Shown: piece after piece, positions 59,225-64,000 of the stretch
Layout of the letters: each line of letters starts with the position of its first letter
Numbering within the stretch: the first letter of the stretch is position 1
Source of the DNA: a bacterium
Lineage (GTDB): Bacteria > UBA8248 > JACPRG01 > G963555815
DNA length: 64,000 nucleotides
Direction of reading: 5' to 3'
Assembly (NCBI GenBank): GCA_965261595.1
Contig: CBDHDG010000007.1
Coordinates: forward strand, 64,001-128,000
Made by a program: the position numbers and the translations under genes
Notes under the pieces: generated by a model
What the model saw: the letters and a program-made list of their open reading frames with translations, nothing else
What the model was told of the DNA's origin: nothing
Database searches by the model: none

Positions 59225-60919
59225 CCGGGATTTCCCAGATGACCACTCTTAGCCATCCTGCGGTCCTCCTGTGTCATCAAAGTACCCCATTTTACTACAG
59301 ATTCAGGGTCTCTTTGCAGAACCCTCTGCTCAATCGAGGGGCAACGGCCGTCCTAAAGCCGCAATCCCTTGAAAACCCAGCTCTACCGGCACACTCAGGG
59401 GAGTTCGGCACAGACTGATCCCCCGTCTCCACCACGTCACTAAGCTTCCGGGCCATCTGCTCCGTCATCCGGTATCTGGTACGGGAGGCGGTAACCACAA
59501 CCGTCGAATTCGTTCAAGGATTGCCCTGAACAGTTGACGCGGCACGGCCACCTCGGCCATCTGGAAGGTGGTGTGCCGGGCGTGGGTGACCACCTTGGCC
59601 CCAATCTTAATCAGCTTCTCGCGTAACGTCGTCAGCGACCAGTGCTTCACCGCTCTGGGCAACGCCAGCCGCCGCAGGAAGTTTGCCAGGTTGTACGCCA
59701 AGGCAAATAGTTGCAAGCGAACCTGGTTCTCTTCAAAGCCGTGGCAGGACAGGCGCGTCCAGTTCAGGGCGTACTTGCCCTCCTTGATCCACTGCTCCGC
59801 CGTCCCACGCTGGTTGTAGAACCTCACGACGTTCTCTTCCCGCCAGTGCAGGTTGGTCACGATGAAGCTGACTCTTGGAAACAACTCGCCCTGGTGCCAC
59901 TCGACCGCCACCACCACCCGGCGAGGCTTCTCCCAACTAGCCGCCTGATAGGAGACGCTGTGGTAGAAGATAATGGGCCTTTTGGGCGGTCGGCCAACCG
60001 GCCGGGTCAGAAGGCATTCGATGTCCCTGTACAAGATGGCGTTGGCCGGAAGCCGAATCGCATAGGAGTAGCCCTCCGCCTCAAGGTATCGGTACACCTC
60101 CGGCTTGGCAAATGCCGCGTCGCCTCGAAAAAACCGACAGACCTTCGCATCCCGGTAGCGAGCTACCACCGGCTCCAATACAGACCACCAGTCATCAGCG
60201 CTGTGGACCTTGCCGTTGCGCAACAGCGCCCGCTCCAGATCGCCAAACTGGTTGAAGCAAAACAGTGGGTGATAGCAGGTGCAGCCGAAGTGGCCGTTGT
60301 AGGAAGAGCCTTCCTGCTCACCGTGGGTCGGGCTGACCGAACTGTCCATGTCCAGGATCAGCTTGCGAATCGGCTTGCGTTTGCGGACACGATCCACCAA
60401 CACACCGGGCAGACCGCTCAGCGCCTTGAGGGGTTAAGGGGCCGGGTGAGGGTCTGCGTCTCGAATCGGCTCATCTGGCTGGTGGAGGCAGCGGTGTGAT
60501 ACTTCGCTCGCCCCCCAACCACCTGACGCATGGCGGGATCGACACAGAGCCGCTCGGCATCATTGGTGTCTTTATATCCTGCCAGGCGGCTGTAGACCGA
60601 CTGGCGCACCAAAGCGGTGAGGCTGTGCCGGGTGTTCCCGCCCGTCCGTGAATCGGACAGAAACCCCTCGGCCGCCTTCGTCAGCCCCAACACCTCATCC
60701 AGTTCACGATAGGCAAGCAAACCGGCGTCACTCGTAACCTTTGCTCCGTGAAACTCCAGCCTGAGCCGACCGTCGAATTGGAGCCTCAACGGCCTCTTTT
60801 TCGCTTCACCCATCGGGTCCCCTCGCAAGATGATGGCAGGGAGAGGCCAACACCTTGATTTTACACGAGAAAACGGCCTTCGGGGCGTTAAAAATTATCA
60901 TCCATATGGGAAATGCGGG
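59225..60919 (-). mobile_element. IS1380-family insertion sequence (copy 2)
   Basis: IRs CCGGGATTTCCCAGAT and CCCGCATTTCCCATAT. Confidence 0.88.
59465..60813 (-). pseudogene. IS1380 transposase, frameshifted near 60430
   Basis: Two ORFs (60418-60813 and 59465-60403) together cover the full transposase. Confidence 0.85.
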
Positions 60920-60974
60920 TTGTATTACGATGAATGAGAACGTGTGGCAATAAATTCCCCGCTCGGAACCGGCC

Positions 60975-61331
60975 ATGTCGACGAATCCGTATGAGTTCCG
61001 GACCGAACCGGATCGCGAGGCGCTCTCCGTCTCCGGGGAGATTCGCGGGGAGTCGGCCCGTAGGTTTTCCGCCGATCTGGCCCGAGAGGCCCTTCGCCGG
61101 GGCAGGCCGGGGGGGGTCGTCCATCTGGATTTGGATGAGTTGGACCTGTTGGATGGGGCCGCCGTGGCCGAGATGGTGAACGCCCTCCGGGAGATTTTGA
61201 ATGCCCGGCGGCGTCTTGAAATCCATCGCTCTCCCCAAATGCTCGCCCACACCCTCTACAAGACCGGGATGCTCGAGGACAGACGGGTCACGCTCATTGA
61301 TCCCGTCGAAGAAGGGTCCACGGCGAACTGA
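60975..61331 (+). CDS. STAS-domain (anti-sigma antagonist-like) protein
   Basis: LSVSGEI...VHLDLDELDLLDGAAV...SPQMLAHTL..TG. Confidence 0.7.
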   Translation: MSTNPYEFRTEPDREALSVSGEIRGESARRFSADLAREALRRGRPGGVVHLDLDELDLLDGAAVAEMVNALREILNARRRLEIHRSPQMLAHTLYKTGMLEDRRVTLIDPVEEGSTAN

Positions 61332-61643
61332 GATCCCCTCCTGTGTCATCCCGCCTCTCATTTAGACGGCGGGGGGTTCCCAACCCTGGGGGGTTCCCAA
61401 CCCCTTGGAAGGGTTCCCCAGCGCCGTCTCCGCATGTTCGGCCCATCCCTCCTTTTCACCTTTTTACAAAAACGCCCCTCCTGTTTGTAAAGTATTCAAC
61501 CCGTGACCCCGCTGTAAACGCCGGACACCCCTCTTGGACGGGTCCGCACGTGATTCACCGACCCTCGGATATCTGTATAACCTGTTGTATTTAATTAAGT
61601 TAAATATTATCGAAAGGCGCTGGCCGTCTTCAATCGCCGCTTT

Positions 61644-61658
61644 TGGCAAGCCCCTTGC
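61644..61658 (+). promoter_or_regulatory. Sigma-54 -24/-12 promoter
   Basis: TGGCAAGCCCCTTGC (GG-N10-GC) with an upstream AT tract at 61580-61610. Confidence 0.7.
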
Positions 61659-61719
61659 TCTATAGAGGGTGCGTGAGGGTCGTTGCGATAACGATGTGAT
61701 CGATAGGGAGCATCGGATC

Positions 61720-62571
61720 ATGGAAATCCACCTGCTTTTCGGACTGATGGCCGCCGCCGGTTTATACCTCCTGGTCTATTGGATCGCCCAATTTCGATGG
61801 GAGAGGTCCAAGGCCAGGGCCGCGCGCCCGATGTTCACCTACGCCGGGTGGATCCAACCCGCGAGACCATACCGCCGCCGGGGCCGCAAAGCGCGGCGCT
61901 GGATATCGGCCGGAATGGGGATGGCGGTCCTGGCAAGCATGTGGATGCCTGCCCCTGCCAACGCCAACGAATTCAACCTGGCGGACCGCTTGCTGAAAAA
62001 CCTCAGCGCCCTGAACCGCATGCAGACGCAAGGGGCCGCCATCCTCATTCCGGCCGAGCTTCGGCGGGCCCATGAGGCGCACGAACGGGCCATGCGCCAC
62101 GCGCGGAGCATCGTCAAACTCCGCGCCTTCCAGGCGGCCCTGCGGGACCGGAAGGAGACGGCCCGGCGCAACAAACGGGTGGAAACCCTGAATTCCCTGA
62201 ACCGCTGGGCCCGGCTCGAGGTCATCGAGCACGACAGCGCCGGTGTCGCGATCTGTGAGGAGGTCGACGCCGTCGTCCAGCGGTTCGCCATCCTGCGCCA
62301 GGTCCGGTGGATGCTCCGGCAGAACGGGTATGACGCGCCGGATTTGACCGGACCCGAAGTCTCCGGCGCGTTCCGCGGGCGCGTCAAGGCGGTCGCGGCT
62401 TCCGTGAGGGAAATCACGGGGGCGTTCAAGCGGATGGCGGCCGGGGACGAAGGCCCGGGGGACAATGATGATTCCCGCCGCGCCGCGCGAATCAGGGTGA
62501 AGACAGCGGCCCTGCGGGTCCACCGGACCGAGCGTCCGGACCTGTATCCACTGACGGCTTCCAGGCGCTGA
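61720..62571 (+). CDS. Hypothetical membrane protein
   Basis: GGGAG RBS; two hydrophobic segments followed by a helical domain. Confidence 0.65.
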   Translation: MEIHLLFGLMAAAGLYLLVYWIAQFRWERSKARAARPMFTYAGWIQPARPYRRRGRKARRWISAGMGMAVLASMWMPAPANANEFNLADRLLKNLSALNRMQTQGAAILIPAELRRAHEAHERAMRHARSIVKLRAFQAALRDRKETARRNKRVETLNSLNRWARLEVIEHDSAGVAICEEVDAVVQRFAILRQVRWMLRQNGYDAPDLTGPEVSGAFRGRVKAVAASVREITGAFKRMAAGDEGPGDNDDSRRAARIRVKTAALRVHRTERPDLYPLTASRR

Positions 62572-62609
62572 GACAACCGCAGCTCCCCCTGCGGCCTCGG
62601 CATATCCGG

Positions 62610-62648
62610 GGGGCGGCGCCCGACTCCCTGCCGGCGCCGCCCCTTTTC
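62610..62648 (+). terminator. Rho-independent terminator
   Basis: GGGGCGGCGCC / GGCGCCGCCCC stem followed by TTTT. Confidence 0.5.
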
Positions 62649-62665
62649 ATTCTCGGGAGACGCAC

Positions 62666-62896
62666 ATGATGAAGGAACAGGCGGCTCTACAGTACAATAG
62701 GTGCGACTACGAGGTCGGAACAAGCCGGAAAGGCGTCGCCGGGCGGTGGAGGTTCAACCTCAAAATCTCGAAGGATGGAAAAACCGTCTTCGAGTACGAC
62801 GGCCCGCCGGAATTCCTGACTTCAACGGTGGCGGAAAACGTCGGCGTGAGACACGCGAGAACTTGGATCAACGCGTACTTGCGCAAGTATCGGTAA
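62666..62896 (+). CDS. Small hypothetical protein
   Basis: GGGAGA RBS; 76 aa. Confidence 0.55.
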   Translation: MMKEQAALQYNRCDYEVGTSRKGVAGRWRFNLKISKDGKTVFEYDGPPEFLTSTVAENVGVRHARTWINAYLRKYR

Positions 62897-63185
62897 GCGG
62901 CGGAACCCGCCAGGAGAAGGATCCTCCGCCCTCGCGCTGGGCCTTGAAAGCTTGGCCATGCTTGGGTTGGGTGTCTGATGGGTTGCGCCGGTCGGCTCTC
63001 ACCCCCCGCCGACTTGGGTCTTCGACCCACACGGAAGAGTCCAAAAAACGCCCGCACACGCAAACCGCAAATGTCCGCTCGTCTCGAATCCCAATCGATC
63101 CCGCATATATAATGATTCCCGACCCGCCGCGGGCGCCTCCCGGAACTTTCTCCCGGCCGGAGAATAAGAAGAGGATAGAAAAAGG

Positions 63186-64000
63186 ATGTTCCTCGGGTCC
63201 ATCGCGAAGAAGATCTTCTGGGGATACCTGACGGTCATCCTCCTGGCCGTCGGTCTGAGCCTGTACGCCATCGTTCGTCTCCAGGCCATGAGCGAATTGA
63301 CCGCCTCCATCCTGCGGACGGACTTGGACCTCATCACCCAGACCAGGCGTCTGCGGGGCGACCTGCTCGCCCAGGTCCGGAGCGAAAAACAGTTCGGGGT
63401 CACCGCAGACCCGGATTACATGACCCTCGCGCGCAAAAAGGGCGCGGAGATCCGCTCCCGGACCCGGATGCTCCTGGACCGGAAGCTTCCCCCCCGGCTG
63501 AAGCAGCCCCTGGCCTTTTTCACCGATCAGCACAGCGATTACGAACAGACGCTCGAGCTTCTGGCGGCCAAAGGAAAATCCGGGACGGGACGAAGCGGTC
63601 TCCGCTCCGGCGCGGCCGATATCAAGGCCCGCCTGAACGGGTATTTCGACTCGATGCGGGGCCAACTGGCCGACCTGCTGTCGGCCGCGGAAGCCCAGGC
63701 GAATCAGCGGACGGCCGAATCCAACGCCATGGCCCGCCGGGCGAGTCAGGTTTTGCTCGGGCTCTGTGTCGCCGCGGCGGTGGCGGCGCTGCTCATCGCC
63801 TGGTGGATGGCCCGCCGCATCGGCCGCCCGCTCAAGGCCCTGCGAGGAGGGACCTTCCGCGTCGCCCAGGGCGATTTCGACCATCCCGTTCCCGAATCGG
63901 GCGACGATGAGCTGGCGCACCTGGCCCGGTCCTTCAACCGGATGGCCGTTCGGCTGCGTTCCCTCGACCAAACCAAGGCCGAGTTCTTTTCCGCGATCTC
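63186..64000 (+). CDS. HAMP-domain sensor histidine kinase (GlrK/QseE-like), 3'-partial
   Basis: MFLGSIAKKIFWGY...; two TM segments; HAMP RPLKAL...GDF...DDELAHLARSFNRM; start of HisKA KAEFFSAIS. Missed by the ORF track because it has no stop in the window. Confidence 0.88.
   Translation, partial: MFLGSIAKKIFWGYLTVILLAVGLSLYAIVRLQAMSELTASILRTDLDLITQTRRLRGDLLAQVRSEKQFGVTADPDYMTLARKKGAEIRSRTRMLLDRKLPPRLKQPLAFFTDQHSDYEQTLELLAAKGKSGTGRSGLRSGAADIKARLNGYFDSMRGQLADLLSAAEAQANQRTAESNAMARRASQVLLGLCVAAAVAALLIAWWMARRIGRPLKALRGGTFRVAQGDFDHPVPESGDDELAHLARSFNRMAVRLRSLDQTKAEFFSAI

Noticed and set aside
61371..61420. GGGGGTTCCCAACCC tandem repeat as a mini-CRISPR
   Set aside because: Only two to three adjacent copies with no spacers.
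1..64000. CRISPR array or rRNA
   Set aside because: No regularly spaced repeat-spacer run and no rRNA-like sequence was seen by eye.

Overview
GC-rich bacterial window with two halves. About 1-36.4 kb is a mosaic of mobile DNA. It opens with the end of an ICE/plasmid-type gene block (strawberry-notch helicase, secreted HNH-Excalibur protein, ssb, toprim primase, DUF4326, DUF2493, candidate oriT and RHH gene). It also holds a restriction-modification gene broken by two ISs, three copies of one IS3-family element plus a truncated second IS3, and IS1380 copies and relics. Further elements are a 3.27-kb IS1595 'transporter' IS, a 958-bp transposase-less IS1595-type cassette, decayed ardC and tyrosine-recombinase genes, a tRNA-Leu 3' att fragment and a P4/PICI-like satellite beside tRNA-Ala(GGC). 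Catabolic genes (Rieske oxygenases, amidohydrolase, BMP-family binding protein) are interspersed. About 36.4-64 kb is host-like. It carries a VOC dioxygenase, a b6-type Rieske/cytochrome b operon with an octaheme cytochrome c, a sigma-54 two-component set, several deletion-scarred pseudogenes, a MerR-HicB/HicA module, a BoxB-like diiron protein and an RND efflux pair. A composite IS1380 transposition unit with a 5-bp target duplication lies upstream of the efflux pair. No CRISPR array or rRNA was seen. All family calls come from reading motifs by eye, not from database searches. Several single-base frameshifts may be sequencing errors.
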